Source of the DNA: an uncultured cyanobacterium
GTDB lineage: Bacteria > Cyanobacteriota > Cyanobacteriia > Cyanobacteriales > CAWCAG01
Assembly: GCA_963803805.1 (NCBI GenBank)
Contig: CAWDOD010000002.1
Coordinates: forward strand, 896,001-960,000
Reading direction: 5' to 3'
Length of the DNA: 64,000 nucleotides
This document shows positions 9,910 through 21,624 of the stretch, one piece after another. The notes under the pieces are model-generated. The model worked only from the letters and a program-made list of their open reading frames with translations, was not told the DNA's origin and ran no database searches. Both the position numbers and the translations under genes were made by a program. The number at the start of each line of letters is the position of its first letter. The first letter of the stretch is position 1.

Positions 9910-10300
9910 AAATCAATTCCCCTGGTTAGAATAGAAAAAATAAACAAACATCGCCAAAGTGAAACCCTGCCATAAACTCCAGAAATCAGAGATACGGTTA
10001 GCCACTGTGAAAAAACTGACTTACTCAAAAAGAGCGATTCAGAACTCTCACTAAAGTCTTCTCAGGGAAAAACACTCGATATTATGCAGCGAGACAATTT
10101 TTATTACAAAACTTCACAAAACCCATCAGGGACACTGAAATAAAACTGTAATTGGTTTGAAATTCTCTGTTAAGGAGGATGATACTATTTTTCAAAAATA
10201 GCTTCAGCCTTGCTCAAGTAATTATCACTATTTTCGTCAACAACAAAGCTCTTTTCTCTTCAACTAAAATACGGTTGCAAAAACTTCCCACCAGTCTCCC

Positions 10301-13300
10301 CTACCAGGGGCTACCAATCATCGTAAAACCTGACCAATAATGGGGATGGGACAAGTCCTTTCCTTCCCAGTCTTGTAACTCTTCGGGCAAAGTAATTTCT
10401 TCTTTTAGTCCTTGGACTTTACCAACCTTAACTGTCAAATTTCCTTTCAGCATAGCGATTTGCGCTTCTTGCAAAACCTCAGCTTTGAGGGTAACTTCTG
10501 GAGTGCTAAGTTGGTCATAAAACTTGCTCATCAAAGCAAAGGTAGCAAAGTCATCAACCTGCCATAAACTAGCTAAGGTGGATTTAACCCCTGCCCGCAC
10601 TGCTAAACCCGCAAAGCCCATTTCTGACCTCAAATCACCTACAGCCGTTTCACAGGCACTTAAGGTTAATAGCTGCACCATTTTGCCATGATACCATCGG
10701 GCATCTCGGAGTCCATCCAAGCCGACTTTTTTGTCCCAAAATTGAATGTAGGGGTTTTTGTTGGTTGTAGTTGAGAATGAGGCATGGGTGGCAAGGTGAA
10801 TAATGTCAAAGCCCTTTTCACTACGTTGGTTACGGAGGTTGTTTAAGGTGAAGTGTTCATTGAGAAAAGATTCTCCGGGCCACATTTTGCCAGCAATGCT
10901 ATTTAACTCTGTGGGGACAGCAGGTAAATCATCTAAATTGTGGTGAGCAAAGCTGTCTGCCCCCATAGCCAAAACCTCTGATTTATCTAGGGTTTGGTAA
11001 CTGGTGTCCGTGAGGCTGATGCTAGGGACGGAACCAAGGCTATACTTTTCAATTAAGAATTGTTCCCCATCGTGCAAAGCAGCCAGGGGCAGGTGGCGCA
11101 AGCCCCCATCCATAATAAAAATCAGGGTATCAATTTCTAGGGTTTCTAGTTCAGATTCCAGGGGACTAATCAACCAATGGTAAAGCTTTTGGGCTTGGGG
11201 TAAATAGGTGCTAGGGTTGCTGATAGGTTTTGCTAAAGAGTTGCGGAATTTCTCTAATTCTATTTCCAAGGTTTGCTGGTTTGCTTCCTTAACTACTGTG
11301 GTTAGGGGAGGCCCTTGAGGACGTACTAAGGTGAGGTGCAAACCTTGTTTTGAGACAACGCCGTAGACAATAACTGCTTTGTTGCCAGTTTTCTCTTCAA
11401 TGTTGTTTAGGGTTTGCCGTAGGTTTTCAGCATTGACTTCTTTGTCGGTAATGTTCTCCTCGTAATATTCTTCAAGCTGATTTTCAAAGTATTGATCTAG
11501 AAAACTAACGATATCTTCCGAGGGAATGAGAGGCGCTGCATAGGGTAGGCTATTATTGGTAATTTGTAGAGGTAGGGCAGGAACATTGAGGGAGAGAATT
11601 TGTTGATCTGAGACAGGCCATTCTAGGTAGTAGTCTTCGCTATCAGGGTTTTGCTCTATCCTCGTTTCTACACCAAGAATATCACCAATGAGTAGGGCTA
11701 AATCAGTTACAGGGTTATCTCCTGAAGGAGGTTGCACAGGTGAAGTGGGGGTTGGCGTAACTACTATAGGAGGTTGCAGTTGTGGAGTAGAGATGATTTG
11801 GATTCTGTCTTGATCTTGCTTATGGGTGGGGTAGTAGGTTTGGGTAGGTGAGATGGTTTCTTCTGTTGCAGCATTTCCCCTAGTAAGGGCTGCGGTTGTG
11901 CCATTGATTGCACTATCACCGACGATAAAAGGAATGATGCCATTTCCTCCATGACGAATAACAATTGTGCCACCCTCCTGTCCTCCAGCAGTGGAAATGC
12001 TAGCGTTAATGCCATTTTGGTTGAGGAAAGAGTCGCTTGCTCGAAATAAACCTGTGGTGATATCAAGGTTTCCTCCCTTAGCAGCAAGACTTTGAGTGTT
12101 GATTTGGCTAACTTGAATATTATTAGGGGCTTGCAGAAAAATATTGCCTGCATTATTGAGAAAAGAGGTGTCGAGAATATTAGTAAAAATATTACCAGAG
12201 TTACTAGTAAGAGAAATTCCTTGTGGTGAAGTGATGTTTGCAGTGCTTAGATTCTGAACAGTGGTAATGTCTACTCCTGCTGGGTTAGTAGTGGTAATAT
12301 TACCTTGAACTTGCAGACTTTGGAGAGGGATGGCACTACCAACAGCATCATTGAGTTGCGTGAAACCTGATTCAGTTTCAATAGTTAAATTATGGTTACC
12401 ATCTACTGTTTTGTTGAAAAATATCTTACCCCCCTCAGAAGTTTTTACACTCAGGTTGTTGGCAATAGTTACCGGGGCATTAAGGGTAATATTATTTCTG
12501 CTGGTTGAGATGTTGCCGTTGCTAATAATATTTTGACCTGCTGTCAGGTTAATTTCGCCACCAGGTTGCAAGGGAGAGAAGGAAAGAGCATCTATGACAT
12601 CGGCAGTAATTTTGCCAAAGGCATCCAGAGTAATTTCACCTCCTGTACCATAGGCAGAGCCAGCAATTAAGGCTCCCTGGCTACTATCAATATTGCCATT
12701 ACTACTGGTAATGCTGAGGTTGCCACTGTTGCCCCCAAAACCACTAAAGAAAGAAGTTACTGTCCCTGTATTTATATCTCCTGGGGCAGAAAGAGTGATA
12801 TCCCCGCCATCAATACCCCCTGCTGCATTGATAATTCCGGCAGTGGTGTCAATACTTCCATTGAGGCTATTCAGGGTTATATTCCCTCCCCTTTCACCAG
12901 AGGTGACAATTTCCCCTGTTGTTATGTTGTCAACTGCGGTTAAAGAAACGAAACCTGCCTCAAGCAAGGATTGAGCATCTATAGTACCTCCTTCAACTTT
13001 GATTGCACCATCGCTGTCGAGAACAATATTTCCTCCCCTCTCAGAACCATAGGCAGCAATGCTGTTAATTACAATATTCCCCTCAGCATCAATGGAAACT
13101 TCACCACCTTTGCCAGCACTAGCAGCAAAGGCACTTATATTTTCTCCAACCTCAAAATAGCTGCCACTTTGTATTTTTATATCGCCGCCTCCTAGTTCAC
13201 CAACTGCAACAATTCCTCTGTTAATACTTATGCTACCTTTAGCTTCAAGATAGATATTGCTTGCTCTCGTGGGGGTAGTAGGAGGAGTATTATCATAAAT

Positions 13301-15454
13301 TTGAGCTTCGCTAGAGACAGCACCACCAACAAAAATTTCACCACTGCTAATGATATTGATATTGCCACTACTAGCATAGCCAGGAGACTCAATTCCTCCT
13401 GTAATGTTTATGCTACCTTGGTTTGTTTTGAGGGTAAGGTTTGCACCTCTAGCACCTTCTTGTCTTGTACCATTTGCTAGTATTCTTGTTGCTCCTGCAC
13501 TAATACCTGGAGTGCCAATAACAATATCATTTTTAGCTTCTAAGTTAATTTCAGCTACCCTATTCCCTGTAAAACTACCACTGCTGAGATTGCGAGCAAT
13601 ATTAATTGTGTCACCACTAGTGATAGTAATATTGCCACCGTTTATGTCTCCCTGGGAGTCGATAATACCGCCATTGATATTGACGTTACCCCCAGCATTA
13701 ATGACGTTACCCCCAGCATTAATGTTGATATTGCCACCATTACAATTATTACAAAAGTTTGTATAAATTGACTCTAAATTTGCTTCACTTCCTGCCTGAA
13801 AATTTAGAGAACCACCGGCGGTATATATATCATTGGTTATATTTATTTTTTCCCCTGCTAAGAAGGTGATTGTTTCACCAAATTCTTGATTAGTAAAAAC
13901 CAAATCTCCTGGGAGTTGCGAATTAATATCCTGGGTTGCTTGTAATGTAATGTTACCGGTTAAAGCAGTTAGTGCTGTTTTGCTAATAAAAAAATTTACC
14001 ATGCCACCATCAGAGGAACTGATCTGGCCATCTAAAACTTCACCATCATGGCTGCCTCTGTCTGTGATAATAATATTTCTCGGATCAAGTAAAACACTAC
14101 CATTTTCACCAACAACTGCCCCAACATCTACATCTCCCCAAAAAGCCAAGTTTTTCTTCCCTGATACTTCCACAAAACCACCGTTACCAAACTCACTACC
14201 ACCACGGGCATTAATGCTGCCATAAAACCCTGTGGCTTCATCTGCCCAAACAATTACACGGCCACCATTTCCTGTTAACCAGCTATCTGCATTAATCACC
14301 CCATCACTACTAACAAAAGTGCGAGAAGCAGTTGGTATTTTTCCCCTACCTTGATAATCTCCACCTACAAAAACATTGCCACCACCATTAGTACCAGAAG
14401 CATTAATTTCAACTCCCATTAAGAAAGTGCGATCGCCAAAAATTCCTACATCACCACCAACCCCTCCAGAATGAGAAACATCAATAGTACCCGTTGCGAT
14501 CGCACCCCCTCCTTGAGTAGTTATTTTAATACCAGAATCAGTCAACTGAATTTCCCCATTATCATCAAAATTCAATTCTGTTTCTACAGTTACAGCCGCA
14601 GTTAATAAAGCAGGTAAATCAAGAGGATTAATCGGTAAAACTTGCCCCTGATTATCTCTAGGAGGTTCAATTTCTAAACTTAATATTTGCCCCGGCTGAC
14701 TAATCTTAACTCGACTTGTTCCAGGAATAGCAGAAATAAGAATATTACCTCCTGATGCAGTCAACTTACCAGTATTAATAACACTCCCACTTAACAAAGT
14801 TAAATTCTGCCCTTCTCCTACGACTAAATCCCCAGCATTAATTATTACTCCGTTGTTAGATAAATCAAAAGCAAAACTATTAGGATCACCAATTAAATTT
14901 TGATAATCATTTGTACCAAAAGCATCAAACCAATTACCATCACGGAAACCAATACCTGTAGAAGTTGTAGCGGTGAAATCCCCCCCTACATTTAAACTTG
15001 CCCCTACACCAAAGACTATCCCTGCCGGATTCATCAAATAGAGGTTAGCATTACTGCCTGTAATTTGAATTAAACCATTAATAATCGAAGGATCACCCCC
15101 AACCACTCTACCTAAAATATTTTGTATACCAGGTTGAGAGAGGAAATTAGCAACTTGATTAGCATCCAAACCAAACTGTTGAAAACTGTGAAAAAGGTTT
15201 GTACTATCACCAGAAAGAGAACCACCATTAATGTTGAATTGATTACCGTCAATATTAATAATCGTACCAGTGCCATCATTAGCTGGAGTAATGGTTTGCC
15301 CTAGAACAGCTTGCCCGTTGATAATCAACCCAAGAGTACAAAAAGCCAACCCGAAACTTCCTGAAAAGTTGCCAATTTTCTGCTGGAAATTACTCGATAA
15401 AGCTAATTTACTTGTCTCCATATTTCTAACTTTCACTGGTAGATACCTTTCCAA
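10301..15454 (-). CDS. Filamentous haemagglutinin N-terminal (TPS) domain protein with C-terminal CHAT peptidase domain
   Basis: [37 protein letters not shown] motifs [33 protein letters not shown]; true start may be the Met of METSK. Confidence 0.9.
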   Translation of the reverse strand: MERYLPVKVRNMETSKLALSSNFQQKIGNFSGSFGLAFCTLGLIINGQAVLGQTITPANDGTGTIINIDGNQFNINGGSLSGDSTNLFHSFQQFGLDANQVANFLSQPGIQNILGRVVGGDPSIINGLIQITGSNANLYLMNPAGIVFGVGASLNVGGDFTATTSTGIGFRDGNWFDAFGTNDYQNLIGDPNSFAFDLSNNGVIINAGDLVVGEGQNLTLLSGSVINTGKLTASGGNILISAIPGTSRVKISQPGQILSLEIEPPRDNQGQVLPINPLDLPALLTAAVTVETELNFDDNGEIQLTDSGIKITTQGGGAIATGTIDVSHSGGVGGDVGIFGDRTFLMGVEINASGTNGGGNVFVGGDYQGRGKIPTASRTFVSSDGVINADSWLTGNGGRVIVWADEATGFYGSINARGGSEFGNGGFVEVSGKKNLAFWGDVDVGAVVGENGSVLLDPRNIIITDRGSHDGEVLDGQISSSDGGMVNFFISKTALTALTGNITLQATQDINSQLPGDLVFTNQEFGETITFLAGEKINITNDIYTAGGSLNFQAGSEANLESIYTNFCNNCNGGNININAGGNVINAGGNVNINGGIIDSQGDINGGNITITSGDTINIARNLSSGSFTGNRVAEINLEAKNDIVIGTPGISAGATRILANGTRQEGARGANLTLKTNQGSINITGGIESPGYASSGNINIISSGEIFVGGAVSSEAQIYDNTPPTTPTRASNIYLEAKGSISINRGIVAVGELGGGDIKIQSGSYFEVGENISAFAASAGKGGEVSIDAEGNIVINSIAAYGSERGGNIVLDSDGAIKVEGGTIDAQSLLEAGFVSLTAVDNITTGEIVTSGERGGNITLNSLNGSIDTTAGIINAAGGIDGGDITLSAPGDINTGTVTSFFSGFGGNSGNLSITSSNGNIDSSQGALIAGSAYGTGGEITLDAFGKITADVIDALSFSPLQPGGEINLTAGQNIISNGNISTSRNNITLNAPVTIANNLSVKTSEGGKIFFNKTVDGNHNLTIETESGFTQLNDAVGSAIPLQSLQVQGNITTTNPAGVDITTVQNLSTANITSPQGISLTSNSGNIFTNILDTSFLNNAGNIFLQAPNNIQVSQINTQSLAAKGGNLDITTGLFRASDSFLNQNGINASISTAGGQEGGTIVIRHGGNGIIPFIVGDSAINGTTAALTRGNAATEETISPTQTYYPTHKQDQDRIQIISTPQLQPPIVVTPTPTSPVQPPSGDNPVTDLALLIGDILGVETRIEQNPDSEDYYLEWPVSDQQILSLNVPALPLQITNNSLPYAAPLIPSEDIVSFLDQYFENQLEEYYEENITDKEVNAENLRQTLNNIEEKTGNKAVIVYGVVSKQGLHLTLVRPQGPPLTTVVKEANQQTLEIELEKFRNSLAKPISNPSTYLPQAQKLYHWLISPLESELETLEIDTLIFIMDGGLRHLPLAALHDGEQFLIEKYSLGSVPSISLTDTSYQTLDKSEVLAMGADSFAHHNLDDLPAVPTELNSIAGKMWPGESFLNEHFTLNNLRNQRSEKGFDIIHLATHASFSTTTNKNPYIQFWDKKVGLDGLRDARWYHGKMVQLLTLSACETAVGDLRSEMGFAGLAVRAGVKSTLASLWQVDDFATFALMSKFYDQLSTPEVTLKAEVLQEAQIAMLKGNLTVKVGKVQGLKEEITLPEELQDWEGKDLSHPHYWSGFTMIGSPW

Positions 15455-15471
15455 AAATAAACTATGAATTT

Positions 15472-16551
15472 CTAGCGAAACTCCTCATCAAGTTGCTGCA
15501 ATTGCACCTTCAAACTTGCTACTTTTTCTAAATCACCCAATACTTCGTAACCTTCTTTAGCCGCCGTTAAATTTTGATGTGCCTTTTCTGAATCATCAAG
15601 GGAAATATAAACTTGCCCTAAACTATCTTGAATAGCTGCTTTGGCTTCAAGATTATCTGCATTAACTAACTCTAAAGCTTGCTTGTAATATACTTCTGCT
15701 TGGGGAACCAATAACTGTTCCAAGAAATATAAATCACCAAGCTGTTGATAAAGTGCTGCCGTTTGCACCTTGTTGATGACAGACTCTTCCAACAGTAACA
15801 AAGCTTCACTCTGCAAACCATATTCTAAATAAACATTAGCGATCGCGATGCCCTTACCCACATCATCCAATGATCCTTGCTGAATTTCGGCTTCTGCTGC
15901 ACGAAGTTGCTGCACCTCTGCTTCATCAAGAAGTTTAATTAAAGGGGACAGGTAAAACTCCCCCGTATCTGCTATCACAGTAATCAAATACTCCTTACCA
16001 GATTGTAGGGATTGTTCTCCTGCATAAACTACTTGAGTCTGACTAACTTCAGTTTGCCAAACAACCTGCCCACCCTCCTCCACGGTAACTGTGTAACTAT
16101 TCGCCCCCGGCACTTCTTGCCAGCGTAAACTTGGTTGAGCATTGAGTAATTTAGTATACCGAGGACTAATCAAATAAGGGGTTGGTTGTTGCTCCCAAGG
16201 AACTACTTTATCACCACGTCTAGGACAACGCTTCAACCCAGAAGTGCATTTATCCTCTGCTGCCACCTCCCCACAGTTATTAGCTTGACTAGTTTGAATA
16301 GATTGCAAAGTTAAATCAGCACATTGCACCACCACCTTGCTATTATTGAGGGAGATTAACTCATCCCCTGGATAAAGAAAAGTACCAATAGTCGCATTGA
16401 AAGTTTCTCTCGACTCCCTTTTGAGATGCACCTGACCAGCTAAGGAAATAATTTGCCCATTAGCAACAGAGTTAGAAACAGCATCTAAAGGCATTGCCAA
16501 GGTAGTAGTTAAGCCCAAACCAAGTAGATAAATAGTACCTTGAAACTTCAC
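15472..16551 (-). CDS. Exported tetratricopeptide-repeat protein with DUF928/Ig-like middle region
   Basis: Signal-peptide-like N-terminus; [20 protein letters not shown]-terminal TPRs ([20 protein letters not shown]). Confidence 0.7.
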   Translation of the reverse strand: MKFQGTIYLLGLGLTTTLAMPLDAVSNSVANGQIISLAGQVHLKRESRETFNATIGTFLYPGDELISLNNSKVVVQCADLTLQSIQTSQANNCGEVAAEDKCTSGLKRCPRRGDKVVPWEQQPTPYLISPRYTKLLNAQPSLRWQEVPGANSYTVTVEEGGQVVWQTEVSQTQVVYAGEQSLQSGKEYLITVIADTGEFYLSPLIKLLDEAEVQQLRAAEAEIQQGSLDDVGKGIAIANVYLEYGLQSEALLLLEESVINKVQTAALYQQLGDLYFLEQLLVPQAEVYYKQALELVNADNLEAKAAIQDSLGQVYISLDDSEKAHQNLTAAKEGYEVLGDLEKVASLKVQLQQLDEEFR

Positions 16552-16704
16552 AAGTCAATCTCCTCAACTAGCAGTTTGCTCTACAACTCTCAATCCGGTT
16601 AGAGCAAGGTGACTTAACCCCTTGCTAATTAGACTTTAGTCTTAACTCAACAAACAAAGAAATGCTTGTTGCTAATTGTACCTTGAGAACACCAAAATCG
16701 ATAA

Positions 16705-19464
16705 TTAAACCAAGAGAGAATCTGGAGCAACAGTGTTGATTTCCAAGTTAGTAACTCGAAAACGTTCACCATCTCCAGAAGAGAAAGAAACAGCATCAAA
16801 ACTCCTACCCAAACTGCCACCTAAGTCAGCCGCACCCATATAAAACTGCTCTTCTGTAAGATCATCAATCATGGCTGTTTGCACCTTAGTAAATGTGTTA
16901 CCCTGCTGTGACCAAAAATCTATCAGTACATCGGCTTGAGCATCAGCATTATCATTTGTAGCCTTGACAGCAAAGGAAACTCCTGTAGTCCCTAGGAGAG
17001 GATCTTTGAGGTCAAAAAACAGCATTTCATTAGCATTAATATCCTTCCCACCGCTAGTTGCTCCCTCATCACCCCCAAAACCTTCATCTTTACCGATACC
17101 ATTGCGATCTATACCAAATTCTAAATCAAAGCCGTCTGATTCCAGGGTAATCTTTTGAGAAATAAGTACTTTCTCATTATTATCAGGATCAAAAGCTTCC
17201 ATCTCCCCACTCTCAAAGTCAAAGCTAAATTGATTAGGGCTTCCTGCACCTTGCTTAAACTTAAAACCCTGGTAGTCAATCAAATCTTCCAGATCACCAG
17301 GAGAATTAGCAAGGTTGCTTTCCGGAATCTCAAAACCATAATCACGATTCTGATTAATTATCCCACCAGAATCATCTTTTTGATCAGTTAGTTGACGGCG
17401 TGCTTTTGAGCCATTACCATTATCAGCACCATTAAGTTGCCCACGATGTAATTCAGATTCCAATTCGATAGTACCACCATTGATAAGCTCAACTCTGGGG
17501 GTAGAAAATTCCAGATGAGAGTTAGCAACATCATCGTTAATGATTGTACCCATGCCTTGAGAATCGGCAAAGCTGACATTCCGACTATTTACTTGCAGGT
17601 TAGATAGGTTAACAAAGAATGTTTCATCTAGTTCTACTTTCAGATCCCCATTGATAGTAACTGGAATAGTTATAGTTTCACCGTTGACATCAACTGGAAT
17701 AGTTGGCGCTATTTGAATGTTACCAAAGTTGCTAACATAGTCAGCATCACCAATAGTTGCTGTGCCATCAACCGTCTCAAAATCGAGAAAAATATCCGTA
17801 TCAACAGGCTGATCCAGGGTTAAAGTGAAGTTGGCAATGGTACTGCTGCTATCCCCTTCCACGACGGTTACATCGTTAATAGATATTGTCGCATCATCAT
17901 CATTAATAATCTCCCCCACACCTTGAGAGTCAACAATAATTGCTCCTCCGGTTGGGTTGGATAAGTTGGCAAAGAAGCTTTCATTCAACTCCACAATATT
18001 ATCAGTTGTGATTGGCACTAATACCTCTTGACTAGTAACTCCTGGTGCAAAGTTTACCGGCCCAAATACGCTATTATAGTCCTGACCTGCAATAGCAGTG
18101 TTATCTGCTGTGGCAAAGTCCACAGTGTGAGTGATGTTACTTACCCGATCCATTGAGACAATAAATTTAGCAAAGTTGGAACCCCCTGTCCCCTCAATAA
18201 CCGGAGCATTGCTAATGGAAAATTCAGGGTTGTCATCATTAAGAATCCTACCAATTCCTTGAGTATCAGCAAAGGTTACAACACGCCCACTTGCTTGAAT
18301 TTCAAGTAGGTTGACGAAAAAATTCTCATCTATTTCTACCTTGCTGTCACCATTGATAGCAACTGAAATAGCCTCTGTTGTTTTAACACTACCAGACTTG
18401 CTAACATAGTCAGCATCAGCAACAGTTGCTGTTCCGTCAGCAGTCTCAAACTTAACAAAAACATCAGTATCAATAGGATTATCAACGCTTAAATTAAAGT
18501 TAGCTAAACTGTTTCCGCTATTCCCTTCCACAACAGTTACATCGTTAATAGATATTGTCGCATCATCATCATTAACAATGATTGCACGACCTTGAGGATC
18601 ACCAATAGTTGCTCCTCCAGTTGGGTTAAATAGATTAAGGTAAAAATCTTCAGTCAACTCAACTATATTATCGGTTACTATTGGAAGCGATACATTTTGA
18701 CTGGTAACTCCTGGTAAAAAGGTTAATGTCCCTGCTCCTCCTCCATAGTCTTCCCCAGCAATAGCAGTACCATTTGCTGTGGCAAAGCTTACAGTGTGGG
18801 TGAGTTCACTTGCCCGATTCATTGAAATAGTGAAATTAGCAAAGTTGGAACCTCCTGTTCCCTCAACAACAACAACATCGTTGATGAAAAATTGAGGTGC
18901 ATCTTGTCGTGTCAATTCTAACTGAAACGCACCCATTTTCTGATTTATAGGGCCGCTAGGAATACGATTACCGCTATTAATCTCGGTCGCATCGTACTTT
19001 CCATTCCCTTGGGCTGTAACACCGATGAAAAATGTATTAGTGCTTGGGGCTTGAAACAACAGTGTAGGATCTGCTGAGATGATTCCACTTTCAGGATCAA
19101 TACCATCGTCAGCAACTTTTAACTCTTTACCATTTGCGTTAAAAACGCGAATCATACTATCCAAATTGGAACGCTGCTTGAGACCAAAGTTATTTGGATT
19201 AAGAATTGCTCCCTTGCCATCATTATCTCGCGCATCAACATCAATGAGGAGAAATTCCCCTTGTTTTAGCTTAACCCCAAAAAGATCCACATCACTACCA
19301 TCTCTGGCAACATTGTTACCAATCATCTCTGTTGAATGAAACGGAGTCTGTAAGTAGTCTATGGGGCTAGTTAATTCAACTTTAACTCCAATGTCTAGCT
19401 CATTTCTTTTAACGATGTCTGCTAAACCGATTTTATCAGCTTCATTAATCCTTACTCTTGCCAT
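16705..19464 (-). CDS. Calx-beta repeat surface/adhesin protein with N-terminal PPC-like domain
   Basis: Four Calx-beta units (ISINDVTVVEG...FETADGTATVADADY...I.NDD); DVDLFGVKLKQG and DSMIRVFNANG PPC-like motifs. Confidence 0.85.
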   Translation of the reverse strand: MARVRINEADKIGLADIVKRNELDIGVKVELTSPIDYLQTPFHSTEMIGNNVARDGSDVDLFGVKLKQGEFLLIDVDARDNDGKGAILNPNNFGLKQRSNLDSMIRVFNANGKELKVADDGIDPESGIISADPTLLFQAPSTNTFFIGVTAQGNGKYDATEINSGNRIPSGPINQKMGAFQLELTRQDAPQFFINDVVVVEGTGGSNFANFTISMNRASELTHTVSFATANGTAIAGEDYGGGAGTLTFLPGVTSQNVSLPIVTDNIVELTEDFYLNLFNPTGGATIGDPQGRAIIVNDDDATISINDVTVVEGNSGNSLANFNLSVDNPIDTDVFVKFETADGTATVADADYVSKSGSVKTTEAISVAINGDSKVEIDENFFVNLLEIQASGRVVTFADTQGIGRILNDDNPEFSISNAPVIEGTGGSNFAKFIVSMDRVSNITHTVDFATADNTAIAGQDYNSVFGPVNFAPGVTSQEVLVPITTDNIVELNESFFANLSNPTGGAIIVDSQGVGEIINDDDATISINDVTVVEGDSSSTIANFTLTLDQPVDTDIFLDFETVDGTATIGDADYVSNFGNIQIAPTIPVDVNGETITIPVTINGDLKVELDETFFVNLSNLQVNSRNVSFADSQGMGTIINDDVANSHLEFSTPRVELINGGTIELESELHRGQLNGADNGNGSKARRQLTDQKDDSGGIINQNRDYGFEIPESNLANSPGDLEDLIDYQGFKFKQGAGSPNQFSFDFESGEMEAFDPDNNEKVLISQKITLESDGFDLEFGIDRNGIGKDEGFGGDEGATSGGKDINANEMLFFDLKDPLLGTTGVSFAVKATNDNADAQADVLIDFWSQQGNTFTKVQTAMIDDLTEEQFYMGAADLGGSLGRSFDAVSFSSGDGERFRVTNLEINTVAPDSLLV

Positions 19465-19520
19465 GAGCTTCTCCTTGAAAGTTTTTATACTAAATTGCAG
19501 CTAGCAACACGTTTATTTAG

Positions 19521-19580
19521 CTTGCTATTTACTTATCTGCTAGAAAAAAACTTTTTTTGCAAAAAGCCCAGAGAAATTTT
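19521..19580 (-). promoter_or_regulatory. Repeated bipartite motif, copy 2 (upstream of the Calx-beta gene)
   Basis: CTTGCTATTTACTTATC-N21-GCAAAAAGCCCAGAGAAATTT. Confidence 0.8.
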
Positions 19581-19646
19581 TCAGATTCCCCAAAAATAGA
19601 GCTAATCTGCGAATATCAAGATTTATAAAGAATGGGTAAAAACTAT

Positions 19647-21458
19647 TTAATTACTATGGTTTAGTCTTTGCCAAGCCTTTTCAATACATTCTTCTTCTTC
19701 AGGAACACTTGATTTGGAGTATTGCCAAGTTTTTCGCCATGCTTTCATCGCTTCTGCATTCCTATCTTTCGCCTCTAAAGCCTGTGCCAATAAACAATAA
19801 GCATGGGGGCTTTTTTCTTCTAAAGCTATTGCTTTCTCCAAATCAACCAAAGCCTCATCTACACGCCCCTTTTGCCAACGTACCCAGGCACGATTTTTTA
19901 AACAGGAAGTTTTAACACTATCGTATTTAGTTTGGTTTAAACATTGCTCAACCGCCTTAAGAGCAGCTTCTGGATTGTTCTTTTTTATGTACAAACTGGC
20001 TACATCTGCAAAAGCTTCCGGTGATCCTCGCAAAGCTGCTTTTTGATAAGCTTCGACAGTGCAGTCTAAATCATCTAAAACATCATCGCAAAGTACCGCT
20101 AAATTGTAGTGAGGGGTAGCATAATTCAAGTCTAGTAAAGTTGCTAAACCATAGAAACCCTGTGCTAAAAAGTATTGTCCTTGATTATCTTTTTCTAAGC
20201 CAATATTATTCATTTGCCTAGCTAACTTAGAACCAAAAAACAAATAGCTAACAAATAAAGCTAAACTAGTTAATGTTACGAATTTGGTTATTCTTTTACC
20301 TATACCCAACCAAACTCTCTCTCTAGATTCTATTGCTGAATCAGACTGACTTGCATTACCCCATTCTTGCCAACTAGGAGGAGTAATAGCTGGATGCTGA
20401 CAAATAACTGGTAGCCAACTAGCCCCAGGGAAGTAATGTTCCAACCCTTTCAGTTGCTCCCTGGCTTGCCTCACTGCAACGTAAAAAGGTTCTCCATCAG
20501 CAAAGGCTCGGAAGAAGTACTGCAAAAAAGCAGGGGCGACAGGATCAGGAACCGGTTCCCGCATGACAATAATTGGTGGTAAAGGAACTTTGGCTTTTGC
20601 TAACTGCCGTGGTAAACCTAAACCATCACAGGAGTTGAAAATAGCTAGCTGCAAACCTTTGCTCACAGAGATATGCAATGCTTCTTGCAACTCAGCAATG
20701 GTTATACTATTATGGTCAGGAAGTTGATTGATAAAGAGGTTCCCTGTGGTGGCATTGGCATTGCTAGAACTATGACCTGCAAAAAATAAAAAATCCCAAC
20801 CTTGTTCCCAAAGTTGGGCTGTCAATTCATCTCTTTCTGGTTCAAATAATAGCTTTAGTTCTACTCCTGGTAGTTTCTTGAGTAACTGCAAATCCTCCTG
20901 AAGATTGATACCGTTGCTATTACCAAAAATAGCGAGGATTTTTATTTTTGCCCCCAATTTTTTGTTAATTAAAGGAGGTGGTGCAGGATATTCTGGTGTG
21001 CTGAGGGCTATTTCTGCATAGCGATAGTCTTCTTTAACTAGTTTCCATAATGACCAAGGTAATCGCCACACTTGCTCATCATCACTTTCAATGATTATTT
21101 GTATAGCTTGGTAGGGGGCTAACTGAGTCCTCAGTTGCTGCTCAATTTCGCGAAAGCCCTCGCTACCCAGCCAGTTGTTAATTTGTGTAGCTAAGTTTTC
21201 TCCTATAGTTTGGAACTCAACTTCTGAAACCTGGGTGATGCCCTCTGGTTTGATTTCAATGTCAGCCCTAGTTGTATTTTGATACAAAGCCAGATAAAGC
21301 AATTGCCAACGCCCATACAATTCAGGTAAATGGCGGGCTGGAGGTAAACTTCCTCTCAACTGCATGGTGAGATTCCCTGGTTTTCCTAACCTTGCTGTTA
21401 CCTGGGGAAAACCATCATCAAAGTTTCCTGATTCTAGATTTAAAACTACTAAATTCAT
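19647..21458 (-). CDS. CHAT (caspase/HetF-associated) protease with transmembrane helix and C-terminal TPR domain
   Basis: Catalytic-dyad motifs FFAGHSSS and IFNSCDGLG; LPWSLW; hydrophobic FVTLTSLALFVSYLFFG; Cys-rich TPRs at the C-terminus. Confidence 0.9.
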   Translation of the reverse strand: MNLVVLNLESGNFDDGFPQVTARLGKPGNLTMQLRGSLPPARHLPELYGRWQLLYLALYQNTTRADIEIKPEGITQVSEVEFQTIGENLATQINNWLGSEGFREIEQQLRTQLAPYQAIQIIIESDDEQVWRLPWSLWKLVKEDYRYAEIALSTPEYPAPPPLINKKLGAKIKILAIFGNSNGINLQEDLQLLKKLPGVELKLLFEPERDELTAQLWEQGWDFLFFAGHSSSNANATTGNLFINQLPDHNSITIAELQEALHISVSKGLQLAIFNSCDGLGLPRQLAKAKVPLPPIIVMREPVPDPVAPAFLQYFFRAFADGEPFYVAVRQAREQLKGLEHYFPGASWLPVICQHPAITPPSWQEWGNASQSDSAIESRERVWLGIGKRITKFVTLTSLALFVSYLFFGSKLARQMNNIGLEKDNQGQYFLAQGFYGLATLLDLNYATPHYNLAVLCDDVLDDLDCTVEAYQKAALRGSPEAFADVASLYIKKNNPEAALKAVEQCLNQTKYDSVKTSCLKNRAWVRWQKGRVDEALVDLEKAIALEEKSPHAYCLLAQALEAKDRNAEAMKAWRKTWQYSKSSVPEEEECIEKAWQRLNHSN

Positions 21459-21624
21459 AATTGCTAAATCATACTAAATCAGGTTTGGTTGCACAAATTA
21501 TTTGTGGGGGTAGGGAGTAGGGAGTAGGCAGCAAGAGGAGTGAAACTTTATTGCTCGGATTCTACAATTAAGGTTTAATAACCGGATTTCGTATCATAGG
21601 TAAAAACAGGAAATAGTTGTTTAA

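Noticed and set aside
13681-13722. 21-bp tandem duplication in the FHA-CHAT gene
   Set aside because: In-frame NAGGNVI duplication within beta-helix repeats; ordinary slippage
2368-14400. Apparent scarcity of HIP1 sites as evidence of horizontal transfer
   Set aside because: Not counted rigorously; rpoB also seems to lack HIP1, and repeat amino-acid composition constrains its occurrence
21508-21535. GGGAGTA heptamers (also 55497-55533)
   Set aside because: Common cyanobacterial STRR-type intergenic repeats with no specific signal
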